Origin: Candidatus Krumholzibacteriia bacterium | Lineage (GTDB): Bacteria; Krumholzibacteriota; Krumholzibacteriia; Krumholzibacteriales; Krumholzibacteriaceae | DNA: 64,000 bases | Reading direction: 5' to 3' | Assembly (NCBI GenBank): GCA_963836185.1 | Contig: CAWIIQ010000002.1 | Span: 64,001 to 128,000, forward strand | Shown: in pieces, positions 19,601 through 28,552 of the stretch | Numbering within the stretch: the stretch's first letter is position 1 | Layout of the letters: every line of letters starts with the position of its first letter | Program-made: the position numbers and the translations under genes | Notes under the pieces: model-generated | The model's database searches: none | Told to the model about the DNA's origin: nothing | The model's input: the letters and a program-made list of their open reading frames with translations, nothing else

Positions 19601-20740
19601 CTCTGCACAACGATGCACGAGGTGTTTTTCCAGAGGCCCCCGTCAGACCTGATCCCGCCGGAAAACGGTCAGACAGGGGCGAGATGGATCCTCGGCGAGG
19701 CATTTACGGCGGGCGAGATCGAACATCTAGGGTCGTCGTCATCATATGCTTACGGGCAGATCTACAGGTATGTCCTGCTCGGCGATCCGATGCTCAAAGT
19801 CGATCCGGGACCGCCGCTGATGACTGTGTCGGCAGACTGGGGAGACGGGATGAGTGAGCTTCCCGCCGATACGCTTCGATCCCGGAACAGTACCAATACG
19901 TGCAGCCTCATGTTCAGCGCGAGCGATGTGGTAGGCCTCGGCGATATCACCTTCGAGGTCGATGGAGAGGACAGGAGCGGCGACCTGACAGTTACGCCGA
20001 CCGTGGATGAGGACCTCGATTTCGCGAGGGGTTACGAGGCGAGGGTAGACTATACGGTCAACCTCGAGGAACATTCGCTCGTATTCAGCACACATTCTCC
20101 TGACGGACGTGAAACAGGCATGACCGAACTCCATGTCGCCCTTTCGATGATGCTGTACAACGGTTCGCTGGCGATCCCGCCAGGTGGAGATTCACCATCC
20201 GAGGGAGGCTTCCTGCTCAAGATGCAGTTCCCGGTCTGGCTCGATGAAGCCCCGGAGATCAGTTTCGACGGGCTCCTTCTCGACGGTGTGTCGGTCACAG
20301 TCCCCGACTCCCAGGATTCTACTCTCTGGGAGGCAAGGTTTACGCAGACACTGGCAGCGGGCAATCATGTCCTGACCGTGGCCGTGGGAGAGTTTGAGGC
20401 CGACTATCCCTTCTCGGTAGGGGGAAGCGGTCTGGTAATGGATGCTTTCAACTTCCCGAATCCGTTCGACGGCGGCACGAATATCTGCTATTCGCTCAAT
20501 GTCGATGCTGATGCCGGAATCATTATGATCTACAACGTCAGCGGTATCCTGATCAGGGAGGTCACGCTCCCGCGCGACCTGCTCGGAGCTGCGCCTCCCG
20601 GAGCTCCGAACGCATACTGGTGGGACGGCAGGGACCTTGCGGGCGATAATGTCGCCAACGGGACATATATCTATATGATCGAGATCGAGAAGGATGGCGG
20701 AAAAGTCAGTTATACGGGCAAGGCCGTCCGCCTCGAGTAG
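16601..20740 (+). CDS. C25 (gingipain/PorU-like) cysteine peptidase with propeptide-like N-terminus and FlgD-Ig/T9SS-like C-terminal domain
   Basis: ETGVYSV, VYDEFNGG, VLLVGDAS, VGRLPV, catalytic-like QGH and VGC, YVLLGDP, then NFPNPF...WDGRD..G..VANGTYIY. Confidence 0.9.
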   Translation: MKRVDAGSVSRRIIYTFLLTAVFFMAGSLFSSRGACAALAGVKVLRSDGSSVTFEISVPSPRVESGSDGSRVVLDGYGTFSPPGALLFPARTFHVAVPALGEPSISWTVTDSEAIGPLTLSRVMGERFIRYGDDGIPVTETYLPEDPWSGGPPMEVVTSVLPAMMGRQRVMPVRVSPLTERDGSFTLARKITVTVSFGTASGSLPERSDPSASPALSGAWKRMYDRVLVNPADTERLISPVKDRAVMRSPMAPGKKLKIRIPETGVYSVRADSLIASGLSPSLSNNGFALKKLFYDDTEPDLAREVDIPYRVIKGSGSAADIFEGDDLLVFFAMGIKDDVDAGDTMAVFNTYNLIWLVEDEAGAVMQDGAGFPSGSGTRQTDFLHVEKARKDTWYNKYVRAGMKDFNFIAGPVNGENAVAVTIRNVSPGTIYSVHVRIAGNEKSNASQDLDFYLRNPLGTRLLGSGVISETKEMVFDFNNMISFSLTEGTNEIVVTSREETYGFLINDLAVKYMRETAVHDDYLDFTVGQDAGNREIEITGFSGQDGYLVELTDPFVPVFHDMPADSFIADGGSYTLRLTVPAATDRHFVALGRGAGMHINNIWIEPEADAANSLLTSPGPYNTLVIAHPDFLPPVSDYLSQYVSWREAQGYRILVADVVDVYDEFNGGLVSAEAIKRFIRHGVETWGVEFVLLVGDASEDHRRIFIGDPPDVNGSAPDYVPSYTYSVNVIGRDDDEVVAADKYYEFLDEAPPSGYGSPPSGLQYAPAAAYPDVFVGRLPVGREVELRALLTKMYRFEEPSGYDAWRRSIALFSDDAWSGYLSTYAFNDIEKHFEYGMDSVAVKIEESLPGGFAVSRLHLSKWTDGVHDDPTAGGSDILRESTDSTRRYFTPYLNRKLNDGCLFFSFQGHASRSNFSTEAGFSNFSQYQDVDSLRTDRNHIFFGVGCHISDFARMLEYSRSGLDGPNGDCITEQLLFKSRAGAVGTYASTGFEYLLENKYLCTTMHEVFFQRPPSDLIPPENGQTGARWILGEAFTAGEIEHLGSSSSYAYGQIYRYVLLGDPMLKVDPGPPLMTVSADWGDGMSELPADTLRSRNSTNTCSLMFSASDVVGLGDITFEVDGEDRSGDLTVTPTVDEDLDFARGYEARVDYTVNLEEHSLVFSTHSPDGRETGMTELHVALSMMLYNGSLAIPPGGDSPSEGGFLLKMQFPVWLDEAPEISFDGLLLDGVSVTVPDSQDSTLWEARFTQTLAAGNHVLTVAVGEFEADYPFSVGGSGLVMDAFNFPNPFDGGTNICYSLNVDADAGIIMIYNVSGILIREVTLPRDLLGAAPPGAPNAYWWDGRDLAGDNVANGTYIYMIEIEKDGGKVSYTGKAVRLE

Positions 20741-20819
20741 AGAAAAATCCCTTTACCAGCTCTCCGACTCTTCCGTAGAATGATGATGTTCATTTAATGG
20801 CATCAACACGGAGGTCGTC

Positions 20820-21527
20820 TTGGAAGAACGGCTCGAACTCTTGAAGAACAGCAGGGAGAGGGTGATCGTCGGTATCGAGACGGGCAGTGTGCCCGGCAGG
20901 ATCGGCGCCGTAATAGTGGAAGTGAGCGGCAGCGGCGCGGATACCGTTCTCGATCTACATTCTTTCCAGAGCGTCGAGTTGTCCGACGGACTCATATCCG
21001 CGCTGGAGGCCGTCGATGAGGAGTCGCAGATCGACGTTCAGGAACAGGCAGATGTCAATTTTCTGATCCTTCATCAGTTGAACACACTTTTTTTCGATCT
21101 TCTCGAGGCGGCACAGGTCGATCCCGGACAGGTAGATCTCATCGGACTCAAGGGCATGGAGATCGGAGGGATGGAATTCCCCGATGATCCCGGGGCCCTC
21201 AGTGAGCTGACCGGATGTATTGTCACCGCCTGCTTCAGGATCGGTCCCGAGAAAGGGAAGGGCAGCTGGCTCCCCGTGAAAGAAGCGATACTCAAGGGCA
21301 TGGTAGAGGCGATGGTTGAGAAATACGATCTCGACGCAGAGGCGAGAGAGGCTGTTGCGGTCGCGCTTCTGGCCAACGAGTCGGTTTATCACGAGACACT
21401 TCCGGCAAAATGCTCGGACGGGGACGATCCCGGAGACGATAAGTCTTCACCTCGCACGGTAATGGTTAAGGGTGGAGGAGACGGTGAGCCGGCCCTTCAC
21501 GGAGAGTTCTATTTCCCGGCTGACTGA
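20820..21527 (+). CDS. Shortened, degenerate AnmK (anhydro-MurNAc kinase)-like protein
   Basis: VIVGIETGSVPGRIGAVIVEV, VDLIGLKG and EAREAVAVALLANE echo the AnmK N- and C-termini; only 235 aa; sits next to SpoIID and NagZ. Confidence 0.55.
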   Translation: MEERLELLKNSRERVIVGIETGSVPGRIGAVIVEVSGSGADTVLDLHSFQSVELSDGLISALEAVDEESQIDVQEQADVNFLILHQLNTLFFDLLEAAQVDPGQVDLIGLKGMEIGGMEFPDDPGALSELTGCIVTACFRIGPEKGKGSWLPVKEAILKGMVEAMVEKYDLDAEAREAVAVALLANESVYHETLPAKCSDGDDPGDDKSSPRTVMVKGGGDGEPALHGEFYFPAD

Positions 21528-22861
21528 TGAAAACTATCTTTCGATATTTTCCATTCAACAGATCCCGCGCATTGCTGGCTGGCGCCTTGATCACGGGGGC
21601 GTCGCTGGTGATGATCACCTCCTGCGCCGCTCCGGACAAGGGTGCGTATCCACCCGTGGAGACTTTGCCGGAGACTGAGATAGACCTTCCGGGCGGCGAA
21701 GACGTTCCCATGGTCCGGGTGCTTGTCCTCGAGACGGGCGACAGGATAAGGATCGAGGTTCCCGGCGGTCAGGTCGCTGCAAAATCAGGGGATGGGCAGA
21801 CGATCGGGAGATTCGAGGTAAGCGGAACCCTCGCAATATCGAAGACAAAGAACGGTATTCGGCTGAAACAGAGGGACAGGCCGGTCCACGAGGCCCCTGT
21901 GATGGAGATCCGGCCTTCGGGGGATACCGGATTTACGATCGATGATATGCCGTACAGGGGAGGCATTCTCCTCCGCCTGCGCGACGGGAAGAAGATCCTC
22001 GCGATAAATGTCATCGAGATCGATGATTACCTCAAGGGGGTCCTGCCCTCCGAGATAGGATACCTCAAGGAAGGTCAGTACGAGGCGTACAAGGTGCAGG
22101 CGATCGCCTCGCGCTCCTATGCCCTGAGCAAGCTCGAGGAGAAGAAGAACGAGCCTTACGACATGAGGGCCACTATCATGGATCAGGTCTACAGGGGTAT
22201 CAAGGGAGAGAACAGGATCGCCTCGGAATCTGTCGAGAAGACAAGAGGAGTAGTCGGCATCTGGGAGGGTGAACCGATAAGGGCATATTATTCCGCATGC
22301 TGCGGTGGGCATACATCTGATATCCGCGTGGGCTGGCCCTGGAAGACCCATTATCCATACCTCTTCGGGCGACGGGACGCCGCGGGAGAAGGCGGGAGCT
22401 CATTCTGCAGATCATCGAGACACTTCAGGTGGGAGGTCGTCTGGAGCGGAAGCGACCTCGCGAGGATCACGGGAAAGACCCTGCCGGCGGAGTTGGGCGG
22501 CCGGGTGCCGCCGTTCAATGTCATCCGCGACATCCGGGTGGCCGGGTACTCCTCGAGCGGCAGGGCGAGGGCTGTCGAGATCGTGACCGATAACGGAACT
22601 CACAAGGTCGAAGGCGACAGGATCCGGTGGGTCCTGAGGCCCGAATCATCGAAGGGAGCGATCCTCAGGTCGACTCTCTTCAAGATGGAGGTCACCAGGG
22701 GTGGAGGACGGGTAAAGCAGGTCAGCCTGAAGGGTGGTGGGAACGGCCACGGTGTGGGCATGTGCCAGACGGGCGCGATCGGGATGGCGACCGAGGGTTA
22801 CAGCGCCGAGAGGATACTCGCCCACTACTACCCTGGAGTGACCCTCGTCAGGATCTACTAG
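21527..22861 (+). CDS. SpoIID/LytB-domain lipoprotein (lytic transglycosylase-like)
   Basis: Lipobox-like ITSC, YLKGVLPSE, KVQAIASRSYA, DQVYRG, GHGVGMCQ.GA, ILAHYYPG. Confidence 0.93.
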   Translation: MKTIFRYFPFNRSRALLAGALITGASLVMITSCAAPDKGAYPPVETLPETEIDLPGGEDVPMVRVLVLETGDRIRIEVPGGQVAAKSGDGQTIGRFEVSGTLAISKTKNGIRLKQRDRPVHEAPVMEIRPSGDTGFTIDDMPYRGGILLRLRDGKKILAINVIEIDDYLKGVLPSEIGYLKEGQYEAYKVQAIASRSYALSKLEEKKNEPYDMRATIMDQVYRGIKGENRIASESVEKTRGVVGIWEGEPIRAYYSACCGGHTSDIRVGWPWKTHYPYLFGRRDAAGEGGSSFCRSSRHFRWEVVWSGSDLARITGKTLPAELGGRVPPFNVIRDIRVAGYSSSGRARAVEIVTDNGTHKVEGDRIRWVLRPESSKGAILRSTLFKMEVTRGGGRVKQVSLKGGGNGHGVGMCQTGAIGMATEGYSAERILAHYYPGVTLVRIY

Positions 22862-22896
22862 GAACGCCGGCGAAAACGATCCATGGAGATGACCCG

Positions 22897-24429
22897 ATGC
22901 CAGTTCAGATCAGCGATATTCACCGGCTGCTTGCCCCGGTTCTCGTAACGGGCCTGGCCGGCCACGGATTAACGCCTGCAGAGCGTGAGATACTTTCCGA
23001 AGCCCCGCCCGCCGGGGTGATCCTCTTCCATCGAAATGTCGAGAGTGTCGAGCAGCTCCGCAGGCTCACCGGCGATATCAGAACGATCGTCGAAGAGGCT
23101 TCAGGGATGAGGCCTCTGATAATGGCCGACCACGAGGGCGGAAGGATCTCCGTGCTTGCCGGGGCAATAGGCGCGCCGCCCTCCCAGATGGCCGCATGGA
23201 AGCCACGCTCCGCTAAACTCCTTTCTGCTGTCGTCGCCGGTACAGCCCTTGAGATCAAGCGCTGCGGGATCAATCTCACTCTTTCGCCCGTCGCGGACAT
23301 CGTTTCCGAGGTCCTCAATCCAGTGATCGGTTCGCGGTCTTTCGGTCAGGACAGGGATTCTGTCTCTGAAGCGGTGAGGATCGCCGTACGGACGATAGCC
23401 GGGGAGGGCCTGCTGAGCTGCCTGAAACATTTCCCGGGACATGGGGCGACAGTTTTCGACTCGCACCTGACACTCCCTGTGATCGGGAAGACTGTCGATC
23501 AGCTTCATGAGCTGGAACTCTCCCCGTTCATCGCCGGGATAGAGGAGGGCGCCGACACGGTCATGACTGCTCATATCGCCCTTGCCGAAGGCGATCCGCC
23601 CGCTTCTCTCGACCGGAGAATAGTCACAGGGCTTCTGCGGGAGAAACTGGGATTCAACGGCGTGGTCATCACTGACGCGCTGGAGATGGCCGGGGCGCTC
23701 CCCGACGGGATCGCCATGAAGTCTATCGATCCGGCGGCAGCTGACAAGGCGGGCGATGCTGTGCCTGCAGCGATCATTGCACCGGCTCTGGAGGCGGGGA
23801 ATGATCTGCTCCTCATGTCGAGGCCGCTGGAGGAGATATATGACGAGCTGACCGTACATGCGGCGCCTCTCGGAGAGGCGATCTCGGCCTCTGTGCGTTC
23901 CGGGCATATGAAGAGGGCAGCGGCAAGGATAGCCACGATGAGGGAGAAAATGGCGGCGAAAGGAACGGAGGGATCCAGGGAGAGTGTGACGATGGAGACC
24001 GTCCAGGGAGATCCGCTCGAGCCTGCACTGCCTGTCTTTCTGGGAGCGGGACATGATTTCGAGAACTATGTAGTCAGAAGATTCATCTTCAGGCTGCTTG
24101 AAGGGCTCGGGGTGCAGCCAGATGGGCCGAGGCAGATCAAGGCTGATGAGCTCGATCCTGTTCTCACAGATGACGGCAGGGAGACCGGATTGTACCTCTT
24201 TGAGCCATACAAGAAACCGGCCTCAAAGCGCTCCCTGGTCATGCTTTGCAGAAAACCTCCGCCGGGAAATGTCGTCCGGGCCATCGCTTCCAGCTGTGAT
24301 TCGGTGGTAGCGGCGGAGAGACCGATGGATGCCGGGTTGCTTGGGCCGGATATCCCCGTGGCAGTGACGTACGGGATATATGATGCTGCCGCCGACGATC
24401 TGGCGAGGATGCTCCGAGGGCCCGTTTAG
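22897..24429 (+). CDS. nagZ: GH3 beta-N-acetylhexosaminidase
   Basis: GVILF.RN, DHEGG, RSFG, KHFPGHG....DSH, MTAH, ITDALEM. Start moved to ATG 22897. Confidence 0.85.
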   Translation: MPVQISDIHRLLAPVLVTGLAGHGLTPAEREILSEAPPAGVILFHRNVESVEQLRRLTGDIRTIVEEASGMRPLIMADHEGGRISVLAGAIGAPPSQMAAWKPRSAKLLSAVVAGTALEIKRCGINLTLSPVADIVSEVLNPVIGSRSFGQDRDSVSEAVRIAVRTIAGEGLLSCLKHFPGHGATVFDSHLTLPVIGKTVDQLHELELSPFIAGIEEGADTVMTAHIALAEGDPPASLDRRIVTGLLREKLGFNGVVITDALEMAGALPDGIAMKSIDPAAADKAGDAVPAAIIAPALEAGNDLLLMSRPLEEIYDELTVHAAPLGEAISASVRSGHMKRAAARIATMREKMAAKGTEGSRESVTMETVQGDPLEPALPVFLGAGHDFENYVVRRFIFRLLEGLGVQPDGPRQIKADELDPVLTDDGRETGLYLFEPYKKPASKRSLVMLCRKPPPGNVVRAIASSCDSVVAAERPMDAGLLGPDIPVAVTYGIYDAAADDLARMLRGPV

Positions 24430-24467
24430 AGATGCCGGGGGCCTTTATTGGCTCCGTAAAAATTGGA

Positions 24468-24496
24468 TTGACTTGGACCTGAGTACCTGTTATAAA
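24468..24496 (+). promoter_or_regulatory. tRNA promoter
   Basis: TTGACT, 17 nt, TATAAA with extended TG. Confidence 0.65.
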
Positions 24497-24584
24497 TAGA
24501 GCACTGACGGCGGAGGCCGCTTTTTTTTCTATAATATCACTCGAACGGCGGCGCTTTCGGCGGGTCAGTTTAAACGAATATTGC

Positions 24585-24659
24585 GGGGTCGTAGTTCAGT
24601 TTGGTTAGAACGCCTGCCTGTCACGCAGGAGGTCGCGAGTTCGAGTCTCGTCGGCCCCG
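24585..24659 (+). tRNA. tRNA-Asp(GTC), CCA not encoded
   Basis: Acceptor GGGGTCG/CGGCCCC, anticodon stem CCTGC/GCAGG with GTC at 24620-24622, T-loop TTCGAGT. Confidence 0.97.
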
Positions 24660-24673
24660 TTTTTTTTACAGGA

Positions 24674-24701
24674 AGAAGGCGGGACATCTGTCCCGCCTTC
24701 T
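24674..24701. terminator. Bidirectional terminator-like hairpin
   Basis: AGAAGGCGGGACA / TGTCCCGCCTTCT perfect inverted repeat between convergent tRNA and RRM genes. Confidence 0.8.
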
Positions 24702-24749
24702 CTGTATTTATAATATTTAGGGCCTGTGGGCCTTCAGGAGACCTGGCTT

Positions 24750-25025
24750 CTAGTAGCCGCCACCGCCACGACGGTCCTCGCGGGGCTTTGCCTCGCTGGC
24801 CTTCAGGGGGCGTCCGTCGAGATCCTTGCCGTTCATCTCGGCGATAGCCTTGTCAGCTTCAGCGTCATTTTCCATCTCGACAAAGCCGAAGCCTCTCGAG
24901 CGCTCGGTGATCCTGTCCTTGATGACACGGGCGGCAGTCACTGTGCCGTAGGGGGCGAACAGATTGTTGAGCTCTTCGTCGGTCGTTGAGAAGGGAAGGT
25001 TCCCCACGTAGATGTTCTTGGCCAT
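24750..25025 (-). CDS. RRM RNA-binding protein (Rbp family)
   Basis: RNP2 IYVGNL, RNP1 RGFGFVEM, Gly/Arg tail. Confidence 0.95.
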   Translation of the reverse strand: MAKNIYVGNLPFSTTDEELNNLFAPYGTVTAARVIKDRITERSRGFGFVEMENDAEADKAIAEMNGKDLDGRPLKASEAKPREDRRGGGGY

Positions 25026-25515
25026 TTTCTTTCGGGTCCTTTCGAAGCTAAAACAATTCTAGACGGTCGGTTCCTGCCGCGGGGCGGCAGTCAGATTGCT
25101 GTCGGGTTCAGGAACCACCTCTCTTTCATCTGCGGTTTGTCGCTGTTCAAGACCGGAAGTCACTTACGCACGCAGCTGCGGTATGCTTCCCCGGTTCGAG
25201 GCAGTCATCGATTCAGATTAGTCCTGGAAAAGATGAGGCAGGAATCCGAACTGTATCGAATGGCTCCTGGAATGGGCCGATCTTGGAAAGTGAGAATAAT
25301 CTTTTGACGATCTCCTTGTTCGTACTGAATACTGTTTTGAATATACACTATCACGTCAAGCCGTTTCCATAAAAAAACATTCCAGCCCGTCGCTGTTCCT
25401 CCCAAATACCCGTGCGGGCCGGCTGGGGCCTGATTACAGTTGCCCGGGCATGCTCTGGCTGATATCCTCGGCCGGTATACTGATATCGGGCATCCACACC
25501 ACCTGGAGGTATTCG

Positions 25516-27086
25516 TTGAACGGAAGAATGATGACCGCTGTCGCCGCCGTCCTTCTCCTGGCGGCCCTTCTCCCCTCGGCCCTCGACGCCTGCACGACGA
25601 TAATGGTCGGAAGGAAGGCTTCGGTCGACGGCTCAGTGACCACTTCCCATACATGCGACAGCAGGATCGACAGGACATGGTTCGATCTCGTTCCACCCGG
25701 GAAGCATCGCGGAGGATCTGTCTGCGGCGTCTATTCCGGGCTCAGATTCATGAAATTCCCCGGTGACACGGCCGGTGTGAGGCTGACCGTGGAGATCCCG
25801 CAGGTCGAAAGGACTCACGGGTACATCAATACTTCATATCCCTGCATGAACGACCGCCAGCTCGCAGTCGGTGAATCTACTTTCGGAGGAAGAGAAGAGC
25901 TGAGGAACAAGTCGGCAGGATTCGCCTGCGAGGAATTGTGCCGAATCGCCCTTGAAAGGGCGGCGACCTGCAGGGAGGCGATCAGGGTCATCGGTGAACT
26001 TGTCGCCGAGTACGGTTACAACGACGGCGGAGAGTGCCTCACATTCGCCGACCCTCAGGAGGCGTGGGAGTTCGAGATCATCGGCTGTGGCGAGGACTGT
26101 GTCGGCGCCGTATGGGTGGCGCAGCGGATCCCCGACGATCACGTCGGCGTAAATGCCAACGCCGCGAGGATCATGGAGATAGACCTCGACGATGCCGATC
26201 ATTTCATGGCGTCGGACAACATATTCGACGTGGCGATCGAGAGGGGATACTGGGATCCCGATTCCGGCGAGCCGTTCAGGTTCGCGTACGCTTATAATCC
26301 CGGCGGGCGCAGGAGCATGGCGTCGAGGCGCAGGGAATGGAGGGTCTTCGATCTGCTTGCCCCGTCGCTGGAATTGGATCCTGAACGACCAGGACTACCC
26401 TTTCTCGATAAAACCCGACACTCTCGTTACAATCGCGCAGACTGATGGAGATATTCCGCGATACATTCGAGGGGACCGAGTACGACATGACGAAGTTCAT
26501 GTACGTCGAGACAGAGCCGGGCAGGTTCGAGAAGAGCCCATACGCCAACCCGTTCATGCACTACGATATGATGCCACTTTTCAAGATCAATGGCGGCTGG
26601 AACAGGATGGGTGAGAGGTGCATCGCGAGGTACTACTGCACTTACATAACGATCACGCAGTCGCGCTCATCGCTTCCCGACCCTGTCGGAGGGCTTGTCT
26701 GGTTCGGGTGGGACAATCCGGCCCAGGCGGCGTTCGTGCCGGTCTACTGCGGGATCACCGACATCCCCGATTCGTGGAAGCGCTGCGGCCGGCCGGCCTT
26801 TGACCGCGAATGTGCGTGGTGGGCCTTCAACAGGGTATCCGACCTCTCGGCGCAGAAGTGGGGACTGATGAGGGTCGATGTCGACTCTGTCAGGACCGCC
26901 TTCGAGGAGGAAGCATTCGCGAAGCAGGCCGAGGTGGAGAAGAAGGCTGCCGGGCTCTACGCGAAGTCTCCGAAGAAGGCGCGGAAGTACCTGACAGGAT
27001 ATACTGGAGAGTTTGCCAACAGGGCCACGAAGGCATACTGGGACCTCGGCGATCATCTCTTCTGGAAATATACGGGCAAGTTCTAG
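25516..27086 (+). CDS. Secreted C69-family dipeptidase (apparent +1 insertions near 26383 and 26441)
   Basis: GGAGG SD and TTG start, signal peptide followed directly by the nucleophile CTTIMVG, MN..QL..GEST, WVAQRIPDDH. Frames join as ELDP-NDQDYPFSIKPD..AQ-LMEIFRD. Confidence 0.85.
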
Positions 27087-27158
27087 TTGCATCAGCGGAC
27101 CGGTTCGCCGCATCATGGTGGTGAAACGGAAGACGCAAACAGGAAAGGGAGAGTGAAT

Positions 27159-28454
27159 ATGACCGAAGCAGCAGTCCCCGAAGAGAAGCGCTGGTACCGG
27201 TGGCTGATCCTTCTGATCATCAGCATGCTGATGTTCGGCTCATACTACGTCTATGACGCCATGAGCCCGATAAACGACTACATCCAGACCGAGATGAAGA
27301 TCGACAATACGAAATTCGGGCTGCTGGCCACATTTTATTCGCTGCCTAATCTCCTGTTCCTTGTAGTAGTGGCGGGGTTTATCCTCGACAGGATAGGGGT
27401 GAGAAAGGCCGGGACACTCTACGCCTTTCTCATCCTGTTCGGGTCTCTGCTGACTACGATAGGGGCAGGCAGATCGTTCGTACTCATGCTGGTCGGCCGT
27501 GCCATCTTCGGAATCGGGTCGGAGGCGGCGATCCTTGTTACGAACAAGGTGATAGCGAGGTGGTTCAAGGGCAGGGAGCTTGGATTCGCCTTTGGCCTGA
27601 ATATAACGGTGATGCGCCTCGGTTCGATACTCGCGCTGAACAGCGCGGCACAGATAGCCGATACGTTCGGAGGCTGGAGATACGCGCTCTGGGCCGGAAC
27701 GGCCGTTACACTTGTCTCGTTCCTTCTCTTCCTCGTCTACCTGATGGTGGACCGCAGCGTCGATTCCGCGATCGAGGGCGGCACCGAGGAGAAGATCAAG
27801 GTAAGTGATCTCAAGAAGCTCGGTTCGCCTTTCTGGCTCATATCGTTCCTCTGCGTGACCTTCTACTCGGCGGTGTTCCCGTTTACCGTTCACGCGCCGA
27901 GGTTCCTTCAGAAGAAGTTCAATATGAGCCCGGCGATGGGAGGGCAGTACACCTCCTACATCATGACCGCTTCGATGATATTCACGCCGATCCTCGGGCT
28001 GCTCGTCGACAAGTTCGGGCGCAGGGGGAGGATGATGATCGTAGGCTCACTGATGATAATTCCTGCTCACCTCCTGCTCGGACTGACGGAGGTACACCCG
28101 GCCGTCGGCTTCATACTGCTCGGGTGCGCCTTCTCTCTGGTGCCGGCTGCGCTGTGGCCGGCCGTGCCTATCCTGGTCAGGGAGAAGTTTCTCGGGACGG
28201 CGTATGGGATAATCGGCTGGGTCCAGAATATCGGATTGACGATATTCCCCTTCCTTGCCGGCTATATCGTAGATCAGCAGGGAGACAATGTCGTGCAGGG
28301 CTACACGAACATGGAGTGGATGTTCGCGTCGCTGAGCATCGCCGGACTGGTCTTCGCGATAATGCTCCTCGTAGTCGATAAGAAAGAAGGCACCGGCCTC
28401 GAACTGCCGACGAGACTCGCGCAGTCGAAAGCCGACGATTCCATGGGGCAGTGA
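27159..28454 (+). CDS. MFS transporter, MFSD1-like
   Basis: About 12 TM with FGSYY.YD, YSLPN, GRAIFGIGSE, WFKGRELGFAFG, AALWP, GTAYG...QNIG. Confidence 0.9.
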   Translation: MTEAAVPEEKRWYRWLILLIISMLMFGSYYVYDAMSPINDYIQTEMKIDNTKFGLLATFYSLPNLLFLVVVAGFILDRIGVRKAGTLYAFLILFGSLLTTIGAGRSFVLMLVGRAIFGIGSEAAILVTNKVIARWFKGRELGFAFGLNITVMRLGSILALNSAAQIADTFGGWRYALWAGTAVTLVSFLLFLVYLMVDRSVDSAIEGGTEEKIKVSDLKKLGSPFWLISFLCVTFYSAVFPFTVHAPRFLQKKFNMSPAMGGQYTSYIMTASMIFTPILGLLVDKFGRRGRMMIVGSLMIIPAHLLLGLTEVHPAVGFILLGCAFSLVPAALWPAVPILVREKFLGTAYGIIGWVQNIGLTIFPFLAGYIVDQQGDNVVQGYTNMEWMFASLSIAGLVFAIMLLVVDKKEGTGLELPTRLAQSKADDSMGQ

Positions 28455-28489
28455 ATATAACCGATGCAGCAAAGCTGCATCCGCATAGC

Positions 28490-28531
28490 AATAACAAAGG
28501 CGGAGGGCCTGAACCCTCCGCCTTTGTTATT
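28490..28531. terminator. Bidirectional terminator (18-bp perfect stem)
   Basis: AATAACAAAGGCGGAGGG-CCTGAA-CCCTCCGCCTTTGTTATT between convergent genes. Confidence 0.9.
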
Positions 28532-28552
28532 ATTCCTGTGATCGGCTGAGGA

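Noticed and set aside
24585-24720. tRNA-Asp as an integration site for an island
   Set aside because: No integrase and no duplicated tRNA 3' end seen in the window.
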